DNA from: Candidatus Multivoradales bacterium
GTDB lineage: Bacteria > Acidobacteriota > Thermoanaerobaculia > Multivoradales > J023
Assembly: GCA_965248925.1 (NCBI GenBank)
Contig: CBDFLE010000005.1
Location: 1,120,001-1,184,000, forward strand
DNA length: 64,000 nucleotides
Reading direction: 5' to 3'
Position 1 is the first letter of the stretch; each line of letters begins with the position of its first letter. The notes below the pieces were generated by a model. The model was not told where the DNA came from and made no database searches. It saw only the letters and a program-made list of their open reading frames with translations. Both the position numbers and the translations under genes were made by a program. This document shows positions 36,703-49,000 of the stretch, one piece after another.

Positions 36703-39141
36703 ATGACCTTGGTATCCAGACGCACCGCAGATTCCATCAATGCCTGGCTTGGGGAACTCAATCCAACAGGCCCTACCGTCACTTCTTGGGTGGTAACCAC
36801 CGTCTTGTGGTTGATCGCTGCAGTGGCTTGCGGCGACGACTGGCCGGCGTTTCGTGGTGCGATCGGCGATGGCCGATCGCTTGAGGTCAGCGTCATCCCC
36901 GAGGAGGGAGCGGTCAGCTTCCGCTTGACTTGGATCCGAGATCTGGGCAGCGCTTACTCTGGCATAGCGGTGGTCGGCAGTCGTCTCGTCACGCAGTATT
37001 CTGAGAGCGACTCGGATTTCCTGATCGCCCTCGATGCGACCACCGGCACCACTCTCTGGCGGCTGCGCCTGGGAGCCGCCTACAGCGGCCATGATGGCTC
37101 TCATTCCGGGCCACTAGCAACTCCCGCGGCTAACTCCAATCGGGTAGTTAGCCTGGGAGCCCACGGCGAGCTGGTCGCCGCCGACCTGGCCACCGGTGAG
37201 CTGCTGTGGCGCCGCGATCTGACCGGCGAGCTCAAGGCACGCAAGCCCCACTATGGCTTCAGCACTTCGCCGCGATTCTACGGCGACCAAGTGTTGCTGG
37301 CCCTGGGCGGCTACCAACAAGCTTTGGCTAGCTTTGACCTCGCCGACGGCTCACTGCGCTGGGCAGTGGGCAGCGACGTGATCGATTACCAATCACCCGT
37401 ACTCTGGCAAGCCGGCGGCAGCGAGCAGGTGCTGCTAGCCGGCAGCAGCTGGTTGCTGAGCATCGACCCGCGGCACGGCAAGGAGCTCTGGCGATGGGCC
37501 CATGAAGGCGCCGGAACCCGCGGGGCCTTCAGCCTGTCGGCAGTTCCAATGGCCTCGGATCAGCTCTTCCTGGCCCATCGAGACGACCTATCGCTGGTGA
37601 TCTCCGTCGACCCTGTCAGCGGGCCGAGCGGCGTCGCCTGGCAAAGTCGGGCAATTCGCAATAGCTACGCCTCTCCAGTCATTCATCAGGGCCATCTATT
37701 CGCCTATAGCTCCCGTTTCCTGAGCTGTGTCGATGCGGCCACGGGAGAGCTCTTGTGGCGCTCTCGTGAACCCGGCGACGGCTTCCCCATTCTGGTCGAC
37801 GGCCACCTCTTGATCCAAGCCAAGGACGGTGGCGTGCGGCTGGTCCGGGCTTCTCCATCGGGCTACCAAGAGCGTGCCAGGATGGAGGTCTTCGACGAGG
37901 TTAGCTGGACTTCGCCCAGTTTTTCGAACGGCTCGCTTTACAGCCGCAGCATGAGGCAGATCGCCCGACTCGAACTCGATTTTGGAGATGAGCAGCGAGA
38001 GTTGGCTACATCGTCAGCCATCCCGCCACCTTTGATCTGGCAACGGTTGCTGGCCGAGGTCGAGAGCAGCCACAGGCCAGACAAGGTGATCGATCGCTTT
38101 CTTGCCGCTCAGCAACGTATCCCCATAGTCACCGACGGCCAAGTACATTTTCTCTATCGCGGTACGGCGAGCGACGTGGCACTGGCCGGCGACCTAGCGG
38201 GTGCCAGGCGCGAGCTACCGCTGCGTCGCCTGGGCAAGACCGACTTGTTCTTCCGCTCAGTCGAAATCTCTCCGCAAGCCGCCTTCAGCTATTTGTTCTT
38301 GGTCGATTATCAGCCGGTAGTCGACCCCTTCAATCCGGTAACGGTGCTCAATACCACGTTGGGAGACGACTTCGAACCGGTGATGGGAGGTCAGTTGGAG
38401 ATGTCTTGGTTTGCTGTCACTCAGGCCGAAGCACCGACGCCATTGGTAAGTGCGGGCGGCGGCACTTTCAAGAGGCAAACCCTGAGCAGCGAAGCCTTGG
38501 GCCGCGACCTTGACTTGGCCATCTACACCCCTGCTGGCTACCACAGCCACGTCGAACTCTTACCGGTAGTCGTCCTCCTCGGTGGCAGTGAAGCGCTACG
38601 ATTGGGCGGGTACTCTCAAGTCCTCGACCGCCTGATGGGTGACACCTTGCCGGATCTGTTGGTGGTCTTCGTGCTCGAAAATGGCATCGGCGCCTTGCAG
38701 CCCTTCGCCGAGATGCTGGCCAACGACCTGATTCCGTTTGTCGAGCGACACTACCGAGCCTCTAGCAGACGCCAAGACCGGGCTCTCGCCGGAATGGGCT
38801 GGGAAGGACTGACCGCGGCCTACGCTGGCTTCGCCCAGAGCGAACTCTTCGGCCACTTGGCTTTGCAGTCAGTCTACGCTCTGACCGCACCGGCAGGCGG
38901 AGCGGCCGCTTGGGCGCAACGAGCCGCCAAGGAAAAGCCCCAGATCTACCTCGACTGGGGGCTCTACGACCTGCGTAACTCCCACGAAGCCTGGAGCACC
39001 GTCGAAGACAACCGCAGGCTTTTCGCGACTCTGCGTCAGCTGGGCTTCGAGACCAGCGGCGGCGAGGTGCCGGAGGGCTCTGGTTGGGCCAGTTGGCGGC
39101 GGCGGACAGAGCGCTGGCTGAAGCTCTTCTTCGCTGACTGA
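36703..39141 (+). CDS. PQQ-like beta-propeller protein fused to esterase-like alpha/beta domain
   Basis: DWPAFRG, repeated LDATTG/DLATG...W blades; IYTPAGY and GMGWEG in C-terminal domain. Confidence 0.8.
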   Translation: MTLVSRRTADSINAWLGELNPTGPTVTSWVVTTVLWLIAAVACGDDWPAFRGAIGDGRSLEVSVIPEEGAVSFRLTWIRDLGSAYSGIAVVGSRLVTQYSESDSDFLIALDATTGTTLWRLRLGAAYSGHDGSHSGPLATPAANSNRVVSLGAHGELVAADLATGELLWRRDLTGELKARKPHYGFSTSPRFYGDQVLLALGGYQQALASFDLADGSLRWAVGSDVIDYQSPVLWQAGGSEQVLLAGSSWLLSIDPRHGKELWRWAHEGAGTRGAFSLSAVPMASDQLFLAHRDDLSLVISVDPVSGPSGVAWQSRAIRNSYASPVIHQGHLFAYSSRFLSCVDAATGELLWRSREPGDGFPILVDGHLLIQAKDGGVRLVRASPSGYQERARMEVFDEVSWTSPSFSNGSLYSRSMRQIARLELDFGDEQRELATSSAIPPPLIWQRLLAEVESSHRPDKVIDRFLAAQQRIPIVTDGQVHFLYRGTASDVALAGDLAGARRELPLRRLGKTDLFFRSVEISPQAAFSYLFLVDYQPVVDPFNPVTVLNTTLGDDFEPVMGGQLEMSWFAVTQAEAPTPLVSAGGGTFKRQTLSSEALGRDLDLAIYTPAGYHSHVELLPVVVLLGGSEALRLGGYSQVLDRLMGDTLPDLLVVFVLENGIGALQPFAEMLANDLIPFVERHYRASSRRQDRALAGMGWEGLTAAYAGFAQSELFGHLALQSVYALTAPAGGAAAWAQRAAKEKPQIYLDWGLYDLRNSHEAWSTVEDNRRLFATLRQLGFETSGGEVPEGSGWASWRRRTERWLKLFFAD

Positions 39142-39343
39142 GCCAGCTACTTGGCTCCGGCCTCCTCGAACAAGGGTCGATGTCCCACCCGGCACCTCTG
39201 CCAGTATGGGCTCGCATCGATCCGAGGAGGACGGTAGGGCAAGCTATATCGGGCGCAGGACAGCATTTCTTGCTGCGGCGCGCTGATCGACCGCAGCTGA
39301 GCCGAGCTGTCTCAGCTGCGCGCCCAAGGCCACTTCGCCGAAT

Positions 39344-39805
39344 TCAATCTTCGTGGTGGTAGTAGACCTTGGCGACGACTCGCCAGCCGCTGTCGAATTT
39401 CAGCAGCGAGAGATAGTCGGTGTAGACCAACTCGCCGTCCTGGGATAGCTCGATCTTGACGCTGGCAGCGTGGCCGGTGACGTCGACCGAAACGAAACGA
39501 TGCTGCCACAGGTTGGTAGCGGGATCGAAATCGGCGCTGGCTTTGCGCTTAGCGGTGCCTTCGACCCACTTGGCGATCGGATATTTGCGGATGTCTTCGC
39601 CCTTGGGCGAGAAGATCGCGAAGTCCGGATGAAAGCCGTGTTCCAGAGCCTCGGGATCCAGAGCGTTGAATGCGCCGTGGACGTAGGAACTCTCAATCAA
39701 CGACTTGATCTCGCCGACTGCGGCGTCCTGGGCATCCTCGGAGGTGGCAGTCAGGGTGGCTAACGACAATAGGACGGCGACGATCAAGACAAAAGAGGTC
39801 TTCAT
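39344..39805 (-). CDS. Exported NTF2-like (lumazine-binding-like) protein
   Basis: YVHG...FHPD...VDVTGHAASVK...YTDYLSLLK...WRVVAK. Confidence 0.8.
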   Translation of the reverse strand: MKTSFVLIVAVLLSLATLTATSEDAQDAAVGEIKSLIESSYVHGAFNALDPEALEHGFHPDFAIFSPKGEDIRKYPIAKWVEGTAKRKASADFDPATNLWQHRFVSVDVTGHAASVKIELSQDGELVYTDYLSLLKFDSGWRVVAKVYYHHED

Positions 39806-40007
39806 GGGATTCTCCACGGCCGGGGCGCGCAGCGCCAGGTTCGAAGGCTCGACGACCGTCCTAGAATACCCGACTCTCGCGGTTTGCCTTCTCGGTGATT
39901 CGAACGAACAACTTTGGAACCCATCACTGTGCTTTCCCGTAGACATGGTAGATGGCACACGCTAGCTCTTCACAAGATTTTACATCCGGCAACATGCCAA
40001 GGTTTAC

Positions 40008-43000
40008 ATGCATCACGAAGACCGTGTCGAGACTTCTCTATTTGCCAATATAGCTAACAAACTTCACCCCCTGGTCACTGCACCAGCCGCCGCACGCTTG
40101 ATCATGTGGGCCGGCTTGGTGTTGTTCTGCACGCCCCTGGCCAGCGCCCAGGTGTTCACCATCGGCCACATCGGCAGCAACAATCAAGTGACCGAAGGTG
40201 GGGCGTCGTTGATCCAGTTCGATGTCGTGCTGACGCCGGCCGCGGCCGGCCCGACTTCTGTCGATGTGAGCACCAGTAGCGGCAGCGCCATCGAAGGGGT
40301 CGACTACAGTGGCAGCAGCTTCACCCTGAACTTCATCGCCGGCCAGACAATCGCGCCGGTCTTGATCACCACCACCGCCGACGTCTTGATCGAGGGCGAC
40401 GAGACCTTCAACATCGCGATCTCCAACCCCACCGGCGGCACCACGGTCGGAGCACCTTCGTCGGACATCGGCGTGATCGTGGACGACGAAGTCCCGGCGG
40501 TGATCACTATCGGCCACATCGGGAGCCAGAACACGGTTGACGAATCCGTCGCCGGCAGCACTTTCGCGCTCTTCGATGTGGTGTTGACGCCAGCCGCCGA
40601 CAACCCGGTTTCAGTTCAGGTCTCGACCAGCAACGGTAGCGCCACCGCCGGTTCGGACTACACCAGCTTCGGCCCGGTCGTGGTGACCTTCAACCCCGGC
40701 ATCACCCTGATCCCGATCAACGTCGGCATTCTCGACGATGCCCTCGACGAGGCAACCGAGAACTTCACCGTCAGCATCGCCAGCCCGACTGGTCCAGCGA
40801 CCCTAGGCACCTCATCGGACAGCGGTTTCATCACCGACGACGATCCTCTGCCCTCACTGACCGTCGACGACGTGGTGGTCGTCGAAGGCGACGCCGGCAT
40901 CACCCTCGCCACATTCACCATCACCCTCAGCGCGGCCAGCGGCCAAACGGTGACGGTGAATTTCGCCACCGCCAACGGCACCGCCACCACCGCCAACAAC
41001 GACTACGTGGCGCTGGCTCCCGGCAGCATTGCCACCTTCGCCCCCGGTGTGACGACCCAAACCGTCGACGTCCTCGTGGTTGGCGACAACAATCCCGAAC
41101 CCAACGAGACCTTTTTCGTCAACCTCTCAGGAGCCAGCAATGCCAGCATCGCTGACTCCCAGGGGCAGGGAACGATCAACAACGACGATGGCTCCCTACC
41201 GGGGTTAACGCTAGGCGACGCGACCGTCGCCGAGGGCAACGCGGGCATTACCAACGCAACCTTTCCGGTGACCCTCTCGGCCGCCTCTGGGTTGATCGTC
41301 ACGGTCAATTTCGCCACCACCGACGTCACCGCCACCACCGCCGATAACGACTATGTCGCCACTTCGGGAGTCGTCACCTTCAACCCCGGCGTCGTCAGTC
41401 AGAATCTCACCGTGCCGGTCAACGGTGACACCAAGTTCGAGTTCAACGAGACCTTCCGAGTCGATCTATCGGCGCCTTCCGGGGCGTCGATTACCGACGG
41501 CTTTGGCTCGGGAACGATCAACAACGACGACGCCACGCCGCAAATCTCGGTCACCGACATAGCCGTCACCGAAGGCAACGCCGGTACCATCAATGCCTCT
41601 TTCGCCATCTCGCTCAGTAATCCGAGCTCGCTGCCGGTTTCGGTTCAATTCAACACCTCGGACGGCTCTGCCACCATCGCCGACAACGACTACGTGGGGG
41701 CCGCCGGAACTGTCAATTTCACCGCCGGCACCACCCTGCAGGCGGTGCAAGTGGCGGTCAACGGCGATACGAAATTCGAAGGCAACGAGACCTTCGACCT
41801 GCTCTTGACCAGCCCGCTCAATGCCACCATCCTCGATGGCACCGCGATCGGCACGATCAACAACGACGACGGCGCACCACAGATCTCGATCAATGACGAC
41901 ACCGTCGTCGAAGGCAACGCCGGCACCACTCCGGCGGTCTTCAACGTCACCTTGTCCAACCCCAGCGGTTTCGTCACCACCGTTAACTTCAATACCGCCA
42001 ACGGCACCGCGACTCTGGCAGACAACGACTACGTGGCCAATTCCGGGACCCTGACCTTCGTCCCCGGCAACACCTCGCAGCTGGTGAGCGTCAACGTCAA
42101 CGGCGATCTCAACACCGAAGCTGACGAGACCTTCTTCGTCAATCTGTCCGGCGCCGGCGGCGGCTCGTTGCTCGACGCGCAGGGACTCGGCACGATCACC
42201 AACGACGATGCGGTACCGCAGATCTCGATCGGCGACGTGGTGCTCGCCGAAGGCAACGCCGGAACCTCAACCGCCGCTTTCGCGGTCACTCTCTCTAACC
42301 CCAGTGGCTCGCCGGTGACCGTGGCATTCGCCACCGCCGACGGCAGCGCCACCACCGCCGATGGCGACTACCTGAACGCCGCCGGTACCGCCACCTTCAA
42401 TCCCGGTGTGGTCTTGCAGACGGTCAATGTAACCATCAACGGTGACACCACCTTCGAAGCTAACGAGACTTTCACTGTCAACCTGTCAGCGCCGGTCGGC
42501 GCCACTATCGCCGATGGCCTCGGACTAGGAACAATCAACAACGACGACGGCCTGCCGCAGATCTCGGTCGGCGACGTGGTGCTCGCCGAGGGCAATGCCG
42601 GCACCTCCACCGCCGCTTTCGCGGTCACTCTCTCAAATCCCAGTGGCTCACCGGTGACGGTGGCCTTCGCCACCGCCGACGGCAGCGCCACCACCGCCGA
42701 TGGCGACTACCTGAACGCCACCGGCACCGCCACTTTCAATCCCCGGGTGGTCTTGCAGACGGTGAATGTCACCATCAACAGTGACACCACCTTCGAAGCT
42801 AACGAGACTTTCACTGTCAACCTGTCAGCGCCGGTCGGCGCCACTATCGCCGATGGACTCGGACTAGGAACGATCAACAACGACGACGGCGCACCACAGA
42901 TCTCGATCGGCGACGTCACCCTCACCGAGGGCAATGCCGGCACCAGTGTTGCCGCCTTCGCTGTCACCATGTCCAATCCCAGCTCGCAAGGGGTGTCTTT

Positions 43001-46000
43001 CACTTTTGCCACCAGCGACGGCAGCGCCACCACCGCCGATGGCGACTATGCCTTGACCACCGGCACCGTCACCTTCAATCCAGGCGTCGTCAGCCAGACG
43101 ATCAATGTCAATGTCACCGGCGACCTCACTTTCGAGGGCGATGAAACCTTCACCGTCGACGCCACTAGCGTTCCCGCCAATGCCACGTTGCTAGATGCGC
43201 AAGGTCTCGGCACGATCCAGAACGATGACGGCCAGCCGCAGATCTCGATCAACGACGTGCTGGTGATCGAGGGCAATGCCGGCACCATCACCGCGGTCTT
43301 CTCCATCACTCTCTCCAACCCCAGCTCGCAGGCGGTTTCCGTACTTGCCACCGCCGCGGACGGCACGGCCACCACCGCCGACGGCGACTACCTGCCCAAC
43401 TTCCTCGGTATCACGATGGCGCCGGGAGTTACTTCGACACCTTTCAACGTGACGGTCAACGGCGACACTACGTTTGAGGGTGACGAGGCCTTCAATGTGA
43501 ATCTGACGGGGGCCGTCAATGCGACCCTGCTCGACAACCAGGGACTCGGTACGATCCAGAACGACGATGGCCAGCCACAGATTCAGATCAACGATGTGAG
43601 CCTGGCCGAGGGCAACGCCGGCCTCAGCGGCTTGCTCTTCAACGTCACCTTGTCGAACCCCAGCGCGGTGCCGGTGATGGTTAATTTCGCTACCGCCGAC
43701 GGCACCGCCACCACCGCCGACGGCGATTACCAGGCGACCACCGGCACGGTGACCTTCACTCCTGGCGCCGTCGTGCAGCAAATCCCGGTGCAACTGGTCG
43801 GTGATCCGACTTTCGAAGGCGACGAGGGCTTTGTGGTCGACCTCAGCGCTCCCATCGGCGCCGCCCTGGCGGACCCGCAGGGCGCCGGTACGATTCTCAA
43901 CGACGATGGGGTGCCGTCGATGGCGATCGACGACGTCAGCCTCAGCGAAGGCGATGCCGGCAGCAGCAACCTCAGCTTCACCGTGTCACTAACCCTGGCC
44001 AGCTCGCAGCCGGTGACCGTCGACTTCGCCAGCGCTGACGCCACCGCCACCTTGGCTGACGGCGACTACGGCGCGGTGAGCGGCAACTTGACTTTCAATC
44101 CTGGTGAAGTCGCCATCACTGTCGACGTGCCGATCAATGGCGACACGACCTTCGAGAACGACGAAACTCTGACCGTGAATCTGTCGAATATTCTCGGCGC
44201 CACTCTTGGCGACGCCCAGGGCCTGGGCACCCTGCTCAACGACGATGGCCAACCTCAGGCTTCGATCGACGACGTCAACCTGGCCGAGGGCAACGCCGGT
44301 AGCGCCGACGCGGTCTTCACCGTCTCCCTATCAAACCCCAGCGCCCAGACCCTCACCCTCGATTTCCTCACCAGCGACGGCAGCGCCACGGTGGCCGACA
44401 ACGACTACCAGAGCACCAGCGGCACTCTGACCTTCAACCCGGGCGAGATCGCGCAGCAGATCCTGGTGCCGATCAACGGTGACCCGACCTTCGAAGGCGA
44501 CGAGACTTTCACCGTCGACTTGACCACACCCTCGGGGGTGACCATCGTCGATGCCCAGGGCATCGCGACCGTGCTCAACGACGACAGCGTGCCCTCGATC
44601 TCGATCACCGGCGTGACCTTGGCCGAGGGGGACAGCGGCCAAACCGTGGCCAGCTTCACGGTAGCGTTGACCTTGGCCAGCTCGCAAACCGTGACCGTCG
44701 ACTTCACCACCAACGATGGCAGCGCCACGGTGGCCGACAACGACTATCTTGCAGTCACCGGCCTGCTGACCTTCAATCCTGGCGAAGTGGCTGGAACCAT
44801 CGATGTGCCGGTCCTCGGCGATCCTCGTTTCGAAAATGACGAAGTCTTCACCGTCGACCTGAGCAACCCGAATGGCGCCAGCCTAGGGGTTGCCCAGGCC
44901 AGCGGCACGATCAGCAATGACGACCCGCTGCCCGGCCTGTCGGTAGACGATGTATTCATCGCCGAGGGAGACGCCGGCACCAGCAGTGCGACTTTCACCC
45001 TGAGCCTGTCGAACCCCAGCTCGCAGCCCGTGGCGGTAAGTTTTGCCACCAACGATGGCACCGCCACCCTCGCTGATGGCGACTATCAAGCCACCAGCGG
45101 TAGCAGCAATCTGGCCGCTGACCAAACCACGGCGACCGTGGTGGTGACCATCAACAGCGACGTCACCTTTGAAGGCAACGAGACCTTCACCGTCGACTTG
45201 AGCGCACCCAGCGGCGCCACCTTGGCCGATCCCCAAGGACTCGGCACGATCCTCAACGACGACGGAGTGCCGGCGCTAACCCTCGACGATGTGCTGCTCA
45301 GCGAGGGGGACAGCGGCCAGACCCTCGCCACCTTCACCGTCGCTCTGACCACTCCCAGCTCGCAGACCGTGACGGTGGACTTCACCACCGTGGATGGCAC
45401 CGCCACGGTGGCCGACAGCGACTACCAGGCGGCAAGCGGCGATCTGACCTTCGCCCCCGGAACGCTCAACGCTACCTTCGACGTGGCGATCAACGGCGAC
45501 CAGCGTTTTGAGCCAGACGAGGGCTTCACCACCGAGCTGTCGAATGTCATCAACGGCACCCTTGGCGACCCCATGGGTAGCGCCACGATAACCAACGACG
45601 AGCCACAACCCGGTTTGTCGATCGACGACATCCGCTTTGCCGAAGGCGACGCCGGGCCGACCCGCAGCACCTTCACCGTCTCCCTGTCGGGGGCCAGCGC
45701 ACAACCAGTGATGGTGACTTGGGCCACCGGTGACGGCACGGCTCAGGTCGCTGACGCCGATTACATCAGCGCCGCCGGCAACCTGACCTTCGCCGCCGAC
45801 GTGCTGACCCAGACTTTCGACGTAGTGGCCCGCGGCGATCAGCGCTTCGAGGGTGACGAAACCTTCGTCGTCGACCTCAGCTCGGCCCTCGGCGCCACTC
45901 TCGACGATGCCCAGGGCCTAGCGACGATCCTCAACGACGACAGCGCCGAGACCCCCACCTTCGTCATCGACGATGTAGTGCTGCAAGAAGGTGACGAAGG

Positions 46001-49000
46001 CAGCCGCGAGGCCGTCTTCACCATCACCCTGAGTTCGCCCAACAACCTCCCCTTCAGCCTCGACTACACCACCGTCGATGGCACGGCGACAGCTGGTGAG
46101 GACTATCAAGCCGGCAGTGGCAGCCTGACTCTGGCCGCCAGCGACGGCAGCGCCAGCCAGACTGTTGCCGTCACCGTCAACGGTGACACCGAGGTCGAGG
46201 AAGACGAGACTTTCCTGGTGCAGCTGTCCGCACCTTCGGCCGGTGCCACCCTCCTCGGAAACCAGGGCCAAGCGACAATCGAGAACGATGACAGTAGTGA
46301 TGACGATGGGGGCGGTGGCGATCCCCTACCAACCTTGCAGATCGACGATGTCAGTCTTGAGGAGGGTGATAGCGGCAGCCGCCAGGCGCGCTTCACCGTC
46401 ACCTTGTCAACGGCCGCTAGCCAGCCGGTGCGGGTGAGCTTCGCCAGCCTCGACGGGAGCGCCACCGCCGGCAGTGACTATCAAGCCGCTAGCGGCCAAC
46501 TGACTTTCGCGCCGTCGGAACTCACCCAAGAGGTGTCGATCGAAGTGCTCGGCGATACCGAAGTCGAGAAAGACGAGGTCTTCTTCGTGCTGCTGACTCA
46601 GCCGACCGGCGCTACCCTGGCCGATGATCGCGGCCGCGCGACAGTGCTCAATGACGATTCAGGGGATGATGGCGACGGGGACGATGGCGATGGCAGTGAC
46701 GATCCCCTGCCTACCCTATCGATCAGCGATGCCGCTAGCCGTGAAGGCAACGCTGGCCGAGCGGCGGCGGGGCTCACCGTCCACCTCTCGGCGCCGAGCG
46801 CCGACACGATCTCCGTCAGCTGGGCAACCCGCGACGGTTCGGCCCGTGCAGGCAGCGACTACACCGCCGCCAGTGGCCAGCTCACCTTCCCTCCCGGCCA
46901 GACCGAAGCCGAGCTGTCGGTAGCGATCACCGGCGATCTGGAAGTCGAGAAGGACGAGAATTTCTTTGTCGACCTGCTTTCACCCAACGGCGCCCAGCTG
47001 GCCGACAGCGAGGGTCGAGTGACCGTACTCAACGACGATCAACCCCTCGGTAAGCTGCGTTTGCGCCGTGCCGACCCGGTCACTGAGGACAGCGGCCAGG
47101 CGCGGATTCAAGTCGAGCGCTTTGGCTCCGCGGGCCGCGCCATCGCGGTCACCGCCCGTACCCGACCCCCATTACCGACCGCCAACAGCGATGCCCAAAA
47201 CCAAAGCCTGGCCCAAGTAAGCGAGGACTTCCAGGCCGCCTCTGACCGACTCAGCTGGGAAGTTGGCGAGCTCGGGATCAAGGAACTGGTCATCGACATT
47301 GTCGACGACAACCGCACCGAGCAGGAAGAGACCCTGATCATCGAACTGGTCGATCCTCAAGACGCCACCCTCGAGGAACCCTCGGAGATCGAGTTGAGGA
47401 TTCTCGACGACGACCAACCCAGAGCGCTCGAAGCAATCGGTGATACCGAGGTTGAAAGTCGGGTTCAAGAGCAGATCGAGCTGGTAGTCCGAGTTCTCGG
47501 TGAGCTGAATCGGCCGGTAGCCGGTGCCGCGGTCAGCTGGACGGTGCAAGGCAACGCCGCCATCATCCAAACAGACTCCACCGGCACCAGCAATAACGGC
47601 ATCGGCAATGGTGGCCCCAATGCTGGCGACAGCGACGATCCCGCCACTGCCGAGCAGGAAGAGAAAGAGCCAACTATCCTCAAGAGCGACGCCGATGGCT
47701 TGGTCCACCTGCCGCTGCTGCTGGGAGACCGTCCGGGCCGAGCCATGGCCCTTGCCACGCTGGTCGATAGCGAGGCCGAAGTCGAGGCCGGCGAAGCCAG
47801 CGTTTCTTTCGCGATCGCCGTCCTGGGGGATCTGGGCAATGACGACGGCGATCCCACTACCGAAGACGAAGACGTCGGCAGCGTGATCGACGAAGTCTGT
47901 GTCGACGCCGAAGGTGTCCTCGACGAATTCTGCGACTATGTCTTCGATCTCGACGACGACGACCAGCAGGAGGTGCTCGACCAACTCACCCCCACCGACG
48001 ATTTGGCCGCCCAAAGCGACCTCACCCTGGAGGTGCCGCGGGTGCAGTTGCGCAACATCGCCGCCCGCCTTGCTACCCTGCGCGGCAGCGCCACCCGCCA
48101 AGCCAGCGAGCAAATCGCCTTCGACATTCGCGGCGAGCCCTTCCGCCTAGCCGACCTGGGACAGATCAATTCAGCCTCCGGGTCGCGCCTCGCGCACTCC
48201 TACACCGCACAGGTAAAAGCCGCCCTGGTAGCCGCTGGCGCTCCAGCTCAGCTCAGCGGCGGTGCCGCGTCGGCCGACCCGCCGGTGGCACTCGACAGCG
48301 CCCCAGAAAGCAACCCTTGGGGGATCTTCGTCAACGGTCGGGTGTCGATCGGTGACCGCCCCAAGCTAGGGCGCGAGGAGGGCTTCGACTTTACTTCCCA
48401 AGGCATCACCGCGGGTGCCGATCGCCGGGTCGGTGAGCACTTCGTCCTCGGCGCCGCCGCGGGTTACTTGCTGACCGACATCGATATCGACAACTCCGGC
48501 GGTAGCCTCGACGCCACTGGTTACGCCCTATCGCTGTATTCGAGCTATTTCCGCAAGCGTTTCTATCTCGAAGGCGCCGCCACCTACGGCTGGAACGACT
48601 ACCGTCTAGAGCGTTCCATCGATCTACCCCGGCCCTTCCTCGGCCGCAGCCGTTTCACCGCTCGCGGCAATCCGGGCAGTCAGCAGATCTCCTTCGGCTT
48701 CGGCGCTGGTTATGACTTCGATCTTGGCGCCGGCAGGCTGAGTGGTTTGCTACGGGTCAGTTATATTGAAGCCGAGATCGATGGCTACAGCGAAACCGGC
48801 GCCAAACCGTTCGCCTTGATCATCGGCGAGCAGAGGCTGACCTCTTTACTGACCGAGGCCGGTGCCGAGGTCAGCTACCCCTTCAGCTTCAACGGGGGGG
48901 TGCTACAACCCAGCCTGCGCGCCTCCTACCTGCACGAATTCGCCGATGACGGCCGGCTGATCCGCGCCAGTTTGGTAGCCGATCCAGCGGGCTCCGAGTT

